DNA of 64,000 nucleotides from Hydrolagus colliei (lineage: Eukaryota). Shown here piece after piece: positions 27,235 to 39,239 of the stretch. Location: NCBI GenBank assembly GCA_035084275.1, contig CM068748.1:15934001-15998000 (forward strand), given 5' to 3'. The notes under the pieces were generated by a model. It saw nothing but the letters and a program-made list of their open reading frames with translations, did not search any database and was not told the DNA's origin. Each line of letters opens with the position of its first letter. The first letter of the stretch is position 1. Both the position numbers and the translations under genes were made by a program.

Positions 27235-28010
27235 GTGCCATTGACAGAAGCTGACTTGTTGATACTGAACTGTACAGATCCGGAACGGCCCCCAGGTTAG
27301 ATCCATGGTCTGTGCTGATTTTGCTGATCTCATCGGAGGCAGCAGAATCGATGCTAAAATTGGACACAAGGCTTGGGAGGATATGAATCTACCAATGTTC
27401 CCATTCCTGAATGCTGTCTTGTGACCGCTATTGGAAATTTCCTAACTTGCCTTCAATGTTCTCTTTGGAATCAGTCATAAAGTATGCCACTTTGGTAACG
27501 TAATACTCCAACCTCCTCTCACCTCAACCTTCATGGTTCTGTCCATTATGGGTTCAGATCATCCTTCCACAGCCTTTCTGCTTCCCATCTCTGTGACCTG
27601 TTAACCCCATATCAATCTGTCCGCTCTCTCCGCTCAGCAGGATCTGGACTACTCCACATATTCCACCCAGCCAGCCCCACCATCGGCATTCAGGACTTCA
27701 GCCTCTCAGCCCCCACCATTTGGAACTCCATCCCACAATCCTTTTGTTTTGTTCTCTCCTTTGCCTCCTTGAAGCATGTCTCAAGACCCTCCTCTTCAAA
27801 CATGCCTTAGGCCATCCTCCGACCCCTGCCTTCCAGCCCTTCTAATCCCAACCACCTGCTCGGGACCAAATTCTTGATGCCAGCACCTTGGGACATTGTC
27901 TTGACATGAATTGAGCAAAACTAATATAATTTGTGGTTTGGGAAGCTCCTGCTTGCAGAGCATACTTTATCACGAATCATTGCCTTCAGGAGAAGAGAGG
28001 AAGGGAGGAA
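27235..28010 (+). mobile_element. AmnSINE2-like SINE interrupted by an L2 insertion
   Basis: ACTGAACTGTACAGATCCGGAACGGCCCCCAGGTTAGATCCATGGTCTGTGCTGATTTTGCTGATCTCA (5' part) and GCCTTCAGGAGAAGAGAGG (3' end) match the recalled AmnSINE2. Confidence 0.6.
27505..27935 (+). mobile_element. L2 LINE 3' end
   Basis: …RSLRSAGSGLLHI…TIGIQDFSLSAPTIWNSIPQS…F…LKTLLFKHAL, the L2 ORF2 C-terminus, plus tail. Confidence 0.85.
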
Positions 28011-28394
28011 AGTAGAAGAAAAAAAGTAATCACAACGCTTTGGATTCTGTTGGCCTCAGTAAAATGACGGAAAGGTAATATTGGGGAAAGAAACTTGTCT
28101 TAAATGAAGTTTTTGCCAGTTAGATTTAAAAAAAACACACAAAAAGTATTGGACTGGAGCAGTACACAGTAACGTGCTCTGGGGACTTAAGCATACAATA
28201 GATTTAGAACAGATTGGACCATCCACCTGACATCTCCACGCACTGTGCAACCCAGTGTGTAATCCAGCAAAAGTTTTGTAACAAATGCTATCTGTAGCAA
28301 GCTTGACTTTTCCCCTTTGAATCTTTTGCATATAAAAAGCAGCCAGTTTTCATTGTGTAATGTTCTGCAGTCTCTTGAAACAATTAGGCAATGC

Positions 28395-28406
28395 TTGCCA
28401 TGGCAA
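28395..28406. promoter_or_regulatory. RFX-like palindrome
   Basis: TTGCCATGGCAA, the core of GTTGCCATGGCAAC. Confidence 0.35.
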
Positions 28407-29431
28407 TGGAGACAGAAGCTGATGCTGTGTTACGCACACACACGCAGAGAGTAGATGGTAAATTTGGGATCTATTTTGTTCATTGGTTTGTGTGAGTTCA
28501 AAGGCAATGCAGCAGATTTCTGCCGTTGTTTGTCACTGTTAATGAACTCGGCATAGCACAGTTGCAGGAGAGCCTTGAGATTGGCCTATTAAAACCGAGG
28601 TGAAAGCGAGCAGTCAAGAGTATAAAGTTATTCTAAAAATTCCAGCTGAGCTGCCTGCAGTCCTGCACTCCACTAGCTTTATCCAGCTGAACAGCAGCAA
28701 TAGGCTATTACAACAGTAAATGACCTTTCTGTTTATTCCGGGTTATAATTATGATGGAACCATCCTAAGAGCTCACATGGATTACACTTAATTAGCCCAG
28801 AAAAATAGCACTATTTTAAGAGCAATGGTGTTCTTCTCCATCTTTTGAAGATGTAGAAAATGCCAATTTGTAGAAGAGCAGAATCGATAAATAATTCATG
28901 GCCTTGAACTGATGGGCAGCTCAGTACGCTTTCATGAAAATGAGATTGGATACATGGAGAAAAGGTGATTTTCTAAATCTTTCCTTATTAAATAATACGT
29001 TGGAAAGAACCTTGAAAATGACCTAGATTGAATGGATAGATTGTGTAGAGTTAAACATGTTTATCTGATTTGCTTGAGGATTATTTTTGCACCAACCACA
29101 ATGTTCCGTCCTATTAAGGATACCAAATACACACCAAACATTCCCTCTTCAATAAAGTTGGACCCATTCAAGATATGTTGGCATTGGTTTCTAGCATAAT
29201 TTAAAATGCATGAAATAGTTCTTTAAAGGAAGTTACAGTAGTCTATTATTTTGCAGAATTTAAATATTTTCACCTGTATGGAAAGATATATTTGTTAAAA
29301 TTACATTATTTTCTTCACCAGACCTGAAAAGTTCAATGAATTAGTTGAATTCAAATATCTTGCAATTGAAGTAAAGAATTGGTTTTGAAAATGCATCACA
29401 CTGTACATAAACTAATTTTAGACAAATTTAG

Positions 29432-29725
29432 CAATAACAACTTGCATTTGAACAGGGTCTTTTACTTTGGAAAGCTTCCCAGAGTGCTTGACAGTCGTGG
29501 AGTCTTATGATAAAGAAGGAAGGTCTTTAGGCAGGATTTGAAAGTGTTGAGGGAGGGGGCGAGAGTAAAGGATTAAGGTAGGGCATTCCAGAGCTTCAGG
29601 GAATGGTGGCTGAAAGCACCACCACCAATGGAAGCTGAGGGACTGAAGGATGAACAGGAGGCCGAAACTGGCCAAACAGAGTCAGCGTGTGGTGGAGTAG
29701 ATTGGATAGGTAGGGAGGTACAAGA
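29432..29725 (-). mobile_element. L2 LINE 3' end
   Basis: CAATAACAACTTGCATTT tail, then GGGCATTCCAGAGCTTCAGGG…GGCTGAAAGCAC (reverse of AFS..P.LWNAL). Confidence 0.8.
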
Positions 29726-30529
29726 GCAATATTTCACAGCATGACTTTTTGAAAAAAAATCTTGAGTTCCCTATCCATACAATTGTTGTCTTGGTTATCA
29801 CCTAGGTTTTCAGCTCTCACAATATTTGAAACATTGACTAATTGTGCAGTTGACTCAGAGCATGTAAACACTTTTCTGGTGTTTAGACTTAGGATGTGCC
29901 ACATTTCCTACCCCTCCCTTGTATCTGACTATTGGCAGATCAACAAATACAGAATTGTCAAAGGACTTTGAGGTTGGTGGATGTACATAAATAGTATTTT
30001 ATCAAGCTGTAGAAACCTAACTATAAAAAGAATTTAGAGGGATGGATTGATCAATGCAATTTAGATTAGTAACAAAAGGAAAGCACAGTCCTCCCTCTCC
30101 CTTCACCTTTGATATGAATTTTTCATCAAATTCCAATTCATGTTTTCTGAAACAACTTGACTTGAGAAAGTATCAATGCAGGTGCCACTGTCTCCTTTTT
30201 AAAGGTTGTGTGCATGGTTTAGAATTTTGCTTCCAAATGCAGTGTGATGATAGCCACAGCAGTAAGCCTCTCAGCAATGTGAAGTTGAAAACAATATGGT
30301 AGAAACTAAAATTATATCTTGAACAAAGTTGTGAAAGTATCTTCCCTGAGATCTACATAAATGCCAATTAAAACAGTCACTAAACTTGACAGTAATTACT
30401 TTAAAGTGCTTTTGAAATGTTTCCACTTGATAAGGCATCATAAAATGTAACTTCTTTCATACATATATAAGTAACACATGACCCTTTGCGAGTATGTATA
30501 TAGTAAGGGTAGAATGGAATATAATGAAC

Positions 30530-30630
30530 AGAGGGAGTAATTGGAATGTCGGACTGAGACTCATCCATTCCAAATAGCAGAGGGAGCTCGATGGACTGAA
30601 TAAATGACCTACTCCCGTTCCTGTATTGTT
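30530..30630 (+). mobile_element. CR1 3' terminus
   Basis: GCTCGATGGACTGAATAAATGACCTACTCCCGTTCCTGT. Confidence 0.55.
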
Positions 30631-30816
30631 TTGCTCCTCATTTTCTGGTGAAGTACACAGCCATTAATAACCAGCATAAGTGGGCTGGGAAAATTATACC
30701 TCACCTTCAAATTTAATTAGGTGCCTGGTTTCATCCCTTACAAGTGTGACTGTTAACTTCAGACTATAATAAAGGCAATGCTTTCAAAGACTTTTTGTCC
30801 TATGCTTTGGATATTT

Positions 30817-31133
30817 ATAATAATATATAATCCTTGCATTTCATGTAGCGCTTTCCATGTCCTCTAGACATCTCAAAGCACTTCACAGAATATAGCGCTT
30901 CTGCAGCCTGAGGGGTGAGGTAGTGGGTAATGTTGCGGAGGTGGTAGAAGGTAGGTCTTGGCACAGGTATGTGTGAGAAAGGACAATTCAGGGTCAAACA
31001 AGACACCCAGGTTCCTGACTGGCTTGGTGAGGTGGAGTGTGCATCCGTGGATGTTGATGCTGCCAGTGCCTGAGGTGCGGAGGTGCTGGCATGAGCCGAT
31101 CAGGAGGATCTTGGTCTTGCTAATATTCAGCTG
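30817..31133 (-). mobile_element. L2 RT fragment (30895-31133) fused to a SINE 3' tail (30817-30894)
   Basis: Minus strand reads QLNISKTKILLIGS…VRNLGVLFDPELSF…FYHLRNI..YLTPQAAEAL, then TATATTCTGTGAAGTGCTTTGAGATG…AATGCAAGGATTAT. Confidence 0.88.
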
Positions 31134-31240
31134 TAGACAGGAACAACAACTTGCACTTCTTCAGTTTGCATTCACTCACCAAACCACTGGGGGCAATGCT
31201 CCAAATCACAGACTTAAATTAAACATTTAATTTATGTATA

Positions 31241-31768
31241 CAGGTAGACCCCGCTTACTGAACACCCGGTTACCGAAACTTCACTATAACGAGGGCTTCT
31301 ATTTGTACCACTTCTCCACTTAACAAAGGCTGCTTTCACTATAACAAATGTTTATACACACTTTAAATCTCACGGGCTTCTGATGTGCAGCTTCTCTCTG
31401 GTTGCCCCAGCAACACACACTCAGTCTTAGCGTGTCTCAGTTAAGCAGTACAGTGCAGCCCTTCCCATATGGGAGGCGCTTAACCGGCAGGATGCTTCGT
31501 GGTTTCAATAATAAATAGTAAGTCGAGGAGTGGTGGGGATACAGATGAGGGGGGGATGGAGAGGGAGGGGAGTGGGGATTAGAGAGATAGAGAGGAGTGG
31601 GGGGGGGGGGGATAGAGAGATAGGGGGATAGAGAAATAGAGAGGAGGGGGATAGAGAGATGCGGGGGATAGATAGAGAGGAGGGAGGATGGAGAGGGAGG
31701 GGAGGGGGGAATAGAGAGTGGGGGGATAGAGAGGTTGGCGGGATAGTGAGGGAGGAGAGGTCTACCTG
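31241..31768. mobile_element. Non-autonomous Tc1/mariner (Tigger/pogo-like) DNA transposon
   Basis: TA|CAGGTAGACC…GGTCTACCTG|TA: 10-bp perfect TIR, TA target duplication, subterminal TTCACTATAAC repeats, CpGs retained. Confidence 0.85.
31522..31760. repeat. G/A-rich low-complexity tract
   Basis: Degenerate GGGGGATAGAGAGA units and a long G run near 31598-31611. Confidence 0.9.
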
Positions 31769-32164
31769 TATTGTTCTATATTTAAAAAAATTGGGCGGGG
31801 TTTCAGCTGGATGTCCAACACGTGCAGAAATCCATCACCATACTTAAGAATATCCAAACCAAGCTGAGATTTCCATGCATCCCACCTCAAAAGAGGTAGA
31901 TTGTCAGAATGGATTGCGTACTCTCTCCATGGAGAGTGCATAGTTTTCTATTGATATTGCTTTTCTACTGCTTGTTCAGCTAGGACCTCCCCACGCTTTA
32001 AGGTTTTGGCTTGCAGGTTTAACAGGAACTGAGTAGGATGACTTCCTGCCCTCAATGACTGGTCTGCCCTTCCAGGTCCTGTCACTGAAACAGGCTGGCG
32101 GTGCTGAAAACAGCAATGCCCTTGAATTCTGTGGACCCATCTGGCTTAGGAACTGGACCACTGA

Positions 32165-32210
32165 AACTACCACAGAGGGCTGGAGCACCAAAACTACCAC
32201 AGAGGGCTGG
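32165..32210. repeat. 27-bp-period tandem duplication
   Basis: AAACTACCACAGAGGGCTGG x2. Confidence 0.9.
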
Positions 32211-32829
32211 CTTGATTCTGACATTCCATTACCGGGCCTGTCACCTTGGAGGCTGTTCATGTCCCAAGGAAAGCCTGCTTACCTCCCACCAAGGAGGATA
32301 ACTTTCATGATGGAATGGCACAGTTGGCAACTTTAAGGGTTTATAAAAGAGATCCTTATCGCAGGAGTACTGATGTATGATTCACAATAGCAGAGTGGTC
32401 CTTTTCAGTTTTTTTTCCACCAGAAAATGATGGCTGAAGTCTTGCCTGCTGTTATCTAATGTTACAAATTTCCTCATTTTTGAGCTTGGTGGCGGGTTTT
32501 TTTTAATGGATTCCATCTGAGGAGAAGAAAGATAGATATTAATATTTTCAAAATTGTATGAAATTGCTAAGGGAAAGGAAAAAGACCATTTTACGAAACT
32601 TCAGATTGGAAAGAATCCATTCTACCTTGATGTTCCGAATTCTCAATATGTTCTTGTGTCTAAGGTGCTCCTGGAATGTTGTGGTTCAGATTGCAACTTG
32701 CCTTCAATGTACAGCCAAAATAATTTAAACCAAATGCAGGGTTACTTGATATCAGACGGGTGTTGCATGAATGAAATATAAATTGCTCCGGGAGACTGGA
32801 AAATGTATTGAGATGCCTTCGTGGAATCA

Positions 32830-32848
32830 TTGCCCCCTCTAGTGGCTG
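32830..32848 (-). promoter_or_regulatory. Candidate CTCF site
   Basis: Reverse complement CAGCCACTAGAGGGGGCAA resembles the CCACYAGRKGGCRS core. Confidence 0.5.
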
Positions 32849-34806
32849 TAAATGTACAATAAGCAGCTTTCAGAGTCTGCCTTTATAATAGCAACACATA
32901 ATATTTCCCTCATATGGTGTTCCCCAGCTGAAGAATTTGCACTGTGAGGAATCAGGGTGCATCCTAAAGGTGCTTTTGTAATTCCTGATTGACCCAGTGA
33001 TTGTTTTCTGGGTATTATCCTGGTGCCTCCTGAAATATAATCCCGGATCTATATTAATCATAATCCCAGAATTGGAAATACATCCTGCTTCAATCACCTT
33101 CTCACTAACAATTTATACTGCTGGGTGGGTATGGGTTCCACCTGTAAATTGATAAGGTGCAGGAAGATTGTTCTGATTCATCATTGTAGTAATAGGGCAT
33201 TGAGGAAAATTCTGTGCAAACACAACTAACCCACACAAATAACTCTGGTTCCAAAGAGGAATTAGGCATTTAATACAGTAAAAGAGACTAATATATAACA
33301 ACAATAACAGGATCTTTGAATATTGAAATGTTCAAAGAAATACAGTTATTTTAGTTTATAGTAATTCCTGCAAAGTACTTTGAAACATCCTACTGACAGG
33401 AAAGATGCAATATTTAATGTATGCATTATTATTATTATTATTATTTTTGTTATGAAGTTCTTAATCTTTCTTTGGACCTTTTCTCCAAGACAGAATCGGA
33501 ATCAATTTCCATTGCTTCGATTTTTTAGGCAGCAGATATGAATGGATTAGCCGTGAAAAATATCTCCACAGTGTAGTCTTTCAGTTGTGTCGCAGAGCTT
33601 ATGTCTTTTGCAGCATGTTGCTCATTGAGTTGGTTTGTCTTAGAAAAAGCATATAATTTGAACCAGGCATTTTAAACGTTGAAAGGTTGCCGTGTTGTAC
33701 ACTGTCAGACCTAGTAATCATTTGCCACATAATACATGTTGCAGAAACATGAACAGTGGATGGGGAATTTGGAAAACAAAGGCTATGATATGCTCTTTGT
33801 CTGGCACGTGCATCAGCACTGTATACAGTTACAGTTGCTCAGCAAGGGCCACAATGATCCAGGACTATTAAAAGGGTGTCGGAAAATATTTAATGCAATG
33901 AAAAATTTACCAGGACGTTTTTGACATATGACACTGACGAAAGAATACTGAGCAGACTGTGGAAAAAGTAATCTCGCTTGTGATCATTCATTATGCATGG
34001 AATGATTTTGGTTTGCACAGTAGCAACATTTTACTGAGCTCTGATAAAAGCACTTTTGGCTGTGATTACCATTTCAAGATTTGTACTGAAAACTATGTAA
34101 TTGCTATCTTTCAAATCAATTATATTGGAACAAGAAACCTCATGCATTATCCTTAAACTATAGATTATACAGGGTTTACACCTTGTCCTAAGGAAACTCT
34201 AAAATGAAATGGGCATAGGGGAGGAAGCTATAATGTACATTAACTCTGATATAGTTTGTCAGAAAGAGCCATAAAATATACTCTTGGATGAAAATAGACA
34301 ATTGTGCTAAGTCTACCCAATTGTTTCAATTGAGAGCACTAAATTATGTGTGTTGGATGAAATAAATCTTTTAACAAGAGATCCTTTATATTTATTTTGT
34401 GTTATGTCTTAAATCAGTAACTGCAGTGTTGAGATTTGTTTTCCCGTGAAGCTCACATCTAAACAAGTATTGATTTAAAATATATTGGGTTTCTTGACTG
34501 CAGCCAATACATCTTACAGCATAGGAACAAATCTGAGTTATTTGTAAATTTCACCACTACACCAATATTGGGTTCCTGGCCCTGACTCCTTCTGCTGTAT
34601 TTGGTGGAGCATATGTGCTGGTTCCTTTTAAAAGATCTGCAAAACTGACATGAAGATAAGTAAATCCAGGTAAATGACAAAATATTAGAATAAAGTTATA
34701 TTAAATGATAGATAAATCACCTGCTGCAATTTTGCCATAAGTGCAGAACAGAAAAAAAAAGAAAATGCTTATTACAAGGAATACAGACGCATGTGAAGTA
34801 AGGAAA

Positions 34807-35085
34807 CTTACTCCACACGTCTCTGTTTACTTAACACTAAGTACAAACTCAGTTGTCAGTTGATTGGCAGATTGCTTTTCCAGCAGAAATAAATATTTCA
34901 AAAAAATAAATTGGTCACTCAATCTATGACTGTTTGTGGGACCCTGCTGTGTGCAATCAGCTGCCACGTTTCACCCACAAAATATGCCGTCAATTCACTT
35001 TACCATATATTCTGTGAAGCACTTTGAGACGTCTCAAAGATATGATAAAGTGGTATACCAAATGCAGGGATTATTATTATTATTA
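34807..35085 (+). mobile_element. SINE2-1_CM-like long variant, head missing
   Basis: CTTACTCCACACG + extra segment + ATAAATTGGTCA…CTGTTTGTGGGAC…(ATT)n. Confidence 0.88.
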
Positions 35086-35137
35086 TTCTCTCCTCCCTTC
35101 TTCCGTGTTCTGCCCAGTCCACATACCATCAGTAACA

Positions 35138-35375
35138 ACGTTCTGTAGCATATTGGTCAGAGTACTTGTCTCGCTAGCGAGGGGACCTGGGTTCGAATCA
35201 CAGGCAGGGCAATATGCTAGACAGGTTTTAATGCTCCTCATGCCTCTGTTGACCTAGCAGTAAGTAGGAACCCAGTTTTTAGTTGATTGGAAGATCACTT
35301 TTCTGGGGTGGGGAGTAATAATCCCTCCAAAACAAATAACTTAATTTAATAAAATAATATTTGGTCACGCAATTT
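35138..35375 (+). mobile_element. SINE long variant, 5' half
   Basis: TAGCATATTGG (decayed A box), GGTTCGAATC (B box), extra segment, AATAATCCCTC…TTGGTCA. Confidence 0.8.
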
Positions 35376-36414
35376 ACAATTATGCAACACAGCATGTGAA
35401 TTGCTGTGTGGTCATTTCATGTGCTATTATCAATTATAAATCAAATACATTGGAGGGAGTGACTTATTTCCCAAGCTTCCACTATAGGCACCTGTCCTTG
35501 GTGCTGAAACTGTAGTGAGTTACCTGCATGGTAGTTATCTCTTTTTATTTGCCCCCTCACCTGCTAATTTCTGCAGTGCTACAGGGCTGGTAATTTACAA
35601 AACAAAATCTGATCATTGCTTTTATGCAAAACCTAATCATAGCATAAAAACAACTCTTAAAGGAGAGGTGGATCTTCAATTGGAACACAGACACTATTAT
35701 AGTGTAGAAGAAGTCTGTTTTATATTTTTTAAATGGCATAGACCAAAAGATGCCTGCAACCAGATATACATGCATGAAGAATAGCTTCTGAATATAAGAA
35801 CCGTGACTTTTCTATCAGGAGTTCCCATCAGATCTGATTTATAAGTACAAATGTGCAGTATCTTGAAATATTGTGTTTTAAGGGCTATTAAAAAAAGTGT
35901 CAGAATAATGATGAAGTCATCTGTGTCAGATCATGTCGTTTTGAGAATAGCATCATCAAATCATCTGTATTGAAGTTCATGATGGAGAGTGTGAAGTGTA
36001 CTGTGACATCCATTCCAGTATCAATGAGATCTCAAGCTATGTCTATCCATGTGATAAATTGCTAACCACACTCCAATTTAAAAGGCTAAGAAAATATTAC
36101 CAATATCATGCTGCATCTTTAGCCATCATAATCATGTGAAACAGACAGAAATGAAGCAGAAGAAAACGGTAGTGGTTAAAAATAATGATTATTGTTTGGA
36201 AATAGACCAGTTGTTAAATTCATTATGAAGACCAACCCTGCATGGGAGAAGTTAAAAATGTACTAAATGAAAAGACATGTTTTCTCTATGCACAAACGCA
36301 CATTTACAAGATAATTCACAACAGGCTTGACCCCATCAATACCCAACCTCCAAATCCATCTTTGCTGTTTGAACCAGCTACACTAACCCATTACCTACTA
36401 TTGTGTCTCCAATG

Positions 36415-36717
36415 GAGCTCCTGTAGCTCAGTGGTTAGAGCATTCACCTTACAAGCGTGAGATCTGTGTTCGAATCCAGGCAGATCAGGGTGAAACCTTG
36501 GGCGAGTTTCCTTACTCCACACGCCTAATAATCATCCATCCCCAAAAAACCGACAATAATAAAATTGGTCATTTTCAATCCACGACTGTTTGTGGGACAC
36601 TGCTATGCACAATTGGCTGCCACATTTTGCCCACAAATATACAGTCAATTCACTTTACAGTATATTCTGTGAAGCACTTTGAGACGTTGGTAAAATGTAA
36701 GGATTATTATTATTATT
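36415..36717 (+). mobile_element. Full-length SINE2-1_CM-like
   Basis: TAGCTCAGTGGTTAGAGC…GTTCGAATCC…(ATT)n, colinear with 12993-13310. Confidence 0.93.
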
Positions 36718-37036
36718 GCCATCGATATTATGCTTTCTGCTTTTCTTTCATGGCAGTGAATGGCACACTCTCTATTATGATGTGTTGGCTGCTCAGTTTT
36801 AGGATGGTGTTTGACACCATTCTAAAGAGGGTGACGAGATGCATCAACATGCTGCACAATGAAGAGATGATGCTCCATTCCCAGCGCCAGTCACACACTG
36901 CTGAATTCCTTATTTCAGGTGTTAAAGTGAGGGTGCACCAAATGGAAATCAGATACTTTGCCATAGTCAGGAGAAACCAGGAGAAACAACACTGAGATGG
37001 GAAAATGCGAGAACATTGTTTGCTGATTTTCTTAAT

Positions 37037-37155
37037 ATTAATAATATTCCTTGCATTTGATATAGCACCTTATCACATCTTCAAGATGTCTCAAAGTGCT
37101 TCACAGAATATACTGTAAAGTGAATTGACTATACATTTTGTGGGTGAAATGCAAT
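37037..37155 (-). mobile_element. SINE 3' fragment
   Basis: TCCTTGCATTTGATATAGCAC…CTTCACAGAATATACTGTAAAGTGAATTGACT. Confidence 0.9.
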
Positions 37156-39239
37156 AGGGCATGAAATTAATTGAAACAACAGGAGGGGAAGATGTCTGTA
37201 AAGTTTTGGATAAAATATTAGGTTGATGATAAAATAGTTTCTGACATGAAAGGTATTATATATTACATTATAAATAGAATACAGCCTGAATTAATTCCAC
37301 AAAGTAATTTGGAGCTCAATTGGTCCTTGACTGATATTGTTTTCATTTTCTAATAATCTTTGATTTGACTCAGTGAGTCTTTTTGTTGTGGTGCCAAATT
37401 TGATGCAGTGAGCCATTGAAATACCTATCAATTCTAAAAGGAAGCTGTAGTTCATTGCAAAGACCATGTCAAATAGTTACTGGTCTGTTAATGCCAATCT
37501 ACACATCTATTAACTTTATATTTTATCTTAATTGATGGTTTAAATTTGCTCATCAGCCCTCAAAATAGTACTTTGAAGCACTTGTAGCATTCACTGTTTC
37601 CCATTCTGTACATCAACAGTTTGTGCTGAAAGGTTAAGATGGAGATATGTAGTTTTTATATTCAGAGACAATACTGTTGCAAAGCATGTTGGCGTAATCA
37701 ACCTGTGGTAAAACAGAGCATGAGGGATATGGGTTCAATCCTCCAGTCCACTTCTCGTCTCTCACGCTGAGACGTGCTGAGTAGAGAACCATCTGCTCTG
37801 CTCTAGTGGAGGGGATGGTAAAATGGGATGATTCATTCAGCTGGAGACCAGCCAAGTACAGCATTAATGTTGTAGTTGGTTTGGCTGCTTTTCTGCATAT
37901 TGTGTATGAAGCTAACAAAATGTGGTGCATGACCTGAAAGGTGATTAAGCAGAGTTACATAATCTGTAGCTGTGCTTAATCACCTTTCAGGGGAAAGGAA
38001 TAAGTGGAGATCGAGGATCAGCTGATTATATTTATTAGGGGGTACAGTCGCACCCTGTGCTTTCCTCTAATGCAAGTTTGTTTATCGGGTGTTTATTTTG
38101 TGGAAAATGACAATGCACAATCTACTCTGTTTGCTAGTAGTTTAGGTTGTGTGTTGCAAGGTTCACAGCTTTCTGAGCATACGTGAGGAAGTGACATCTG
38201 TGGTAACCCAGTGACCCAATTGTGGCAAGCTAGAAGTCATCCATTTTGGCTTCCCGTGTACTTAAAAAATGGCCAACTTCCAGGACATTGGGTTACGCCA
38301 CATGCAGCAAGTGACGATAATGACTTGATGAAGTGAAAGTCAGCCATTTTAGTTTCCCCATCACAGTCTGTGTTTTGTGTTTCTGTGCACTCGTATGGTG
38401 AATGCAGAAGCACTGAGCACAAATTATACAAGGTTACAATGCTGGTTGGTATTTTATGGATCCAAATCACTACATTACATTTGGGGATCCAATGTAGATT
38501 TGTTGGGATACCTGTGAATGAACTGGATAGAAACTGTTAAATGGTGGTTAAATAAGTCTTTTTGTACTCGGTTTTCTTTATGTCTGATAGAGTAACAGAT
38601 ATTGGTAGAGGAAGGTACAGATGTAGGAAAAAGAAATGTTTTCTGTTATTAAGATGAATTGAAGCCTCATGACGCTTTCTTTTTCTCATCAATGTTCCTG
38701 TTTGATTGCTCTTGAACATTGCAGTCACTTTAAAACGCAGTTGAATTTTTATTAATTAAATGATTAATTGTCATATAACCTGGAAGCTGACCCTATTTGT
38801 CTAATTAAGGTTTTTTTATGGTAGTGACTGATTTGTGCATTACAATTATCAGGAGTAGACCAAAACAAGCTTACGATCATTATGATCTTACGGGCCAAAG
38901 TAATATATTCTTACAATGCTACAGGCCCAGTGTGGGTAAAATACAACCAATCATGTCCTTATTGTAATCACTATTATTTATAGGGTGTTACTGAATATCA
39001 ATCCCTTCTATAATTCAGCTTTTGCTGAATAATAAAATTAATGCGACATTGGAGACAGATTCTCCACAGGCATGGTATCTGGATCGATGAGCTGTTCCCC
39101 TGGAACTAGTCCTATATTACCTCAAGCTCCTAGAAAGCATGGGTGTTTTAGAATGTTATTTTAAAGATTATTCAACCTCGATCTTTCCCTTTATTTTTAT
39201 CCCACTGGTCTCCCTGGCTGCTTAAAATGTTTTGAATCT

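Noticed and set aside
32055-32336. Repetitive protein (TTETTTEGW repeats)
   Set aside because: Explained by a 27-bp DNA duplication; no splice or homology support.
36498-36995. Longest ORF (165 aa)
   Set aside because: The first ~70 codons are SINE read-through (KCKDYYYY is the ATT tail). The same peptide recurs at 13034 and 35024.
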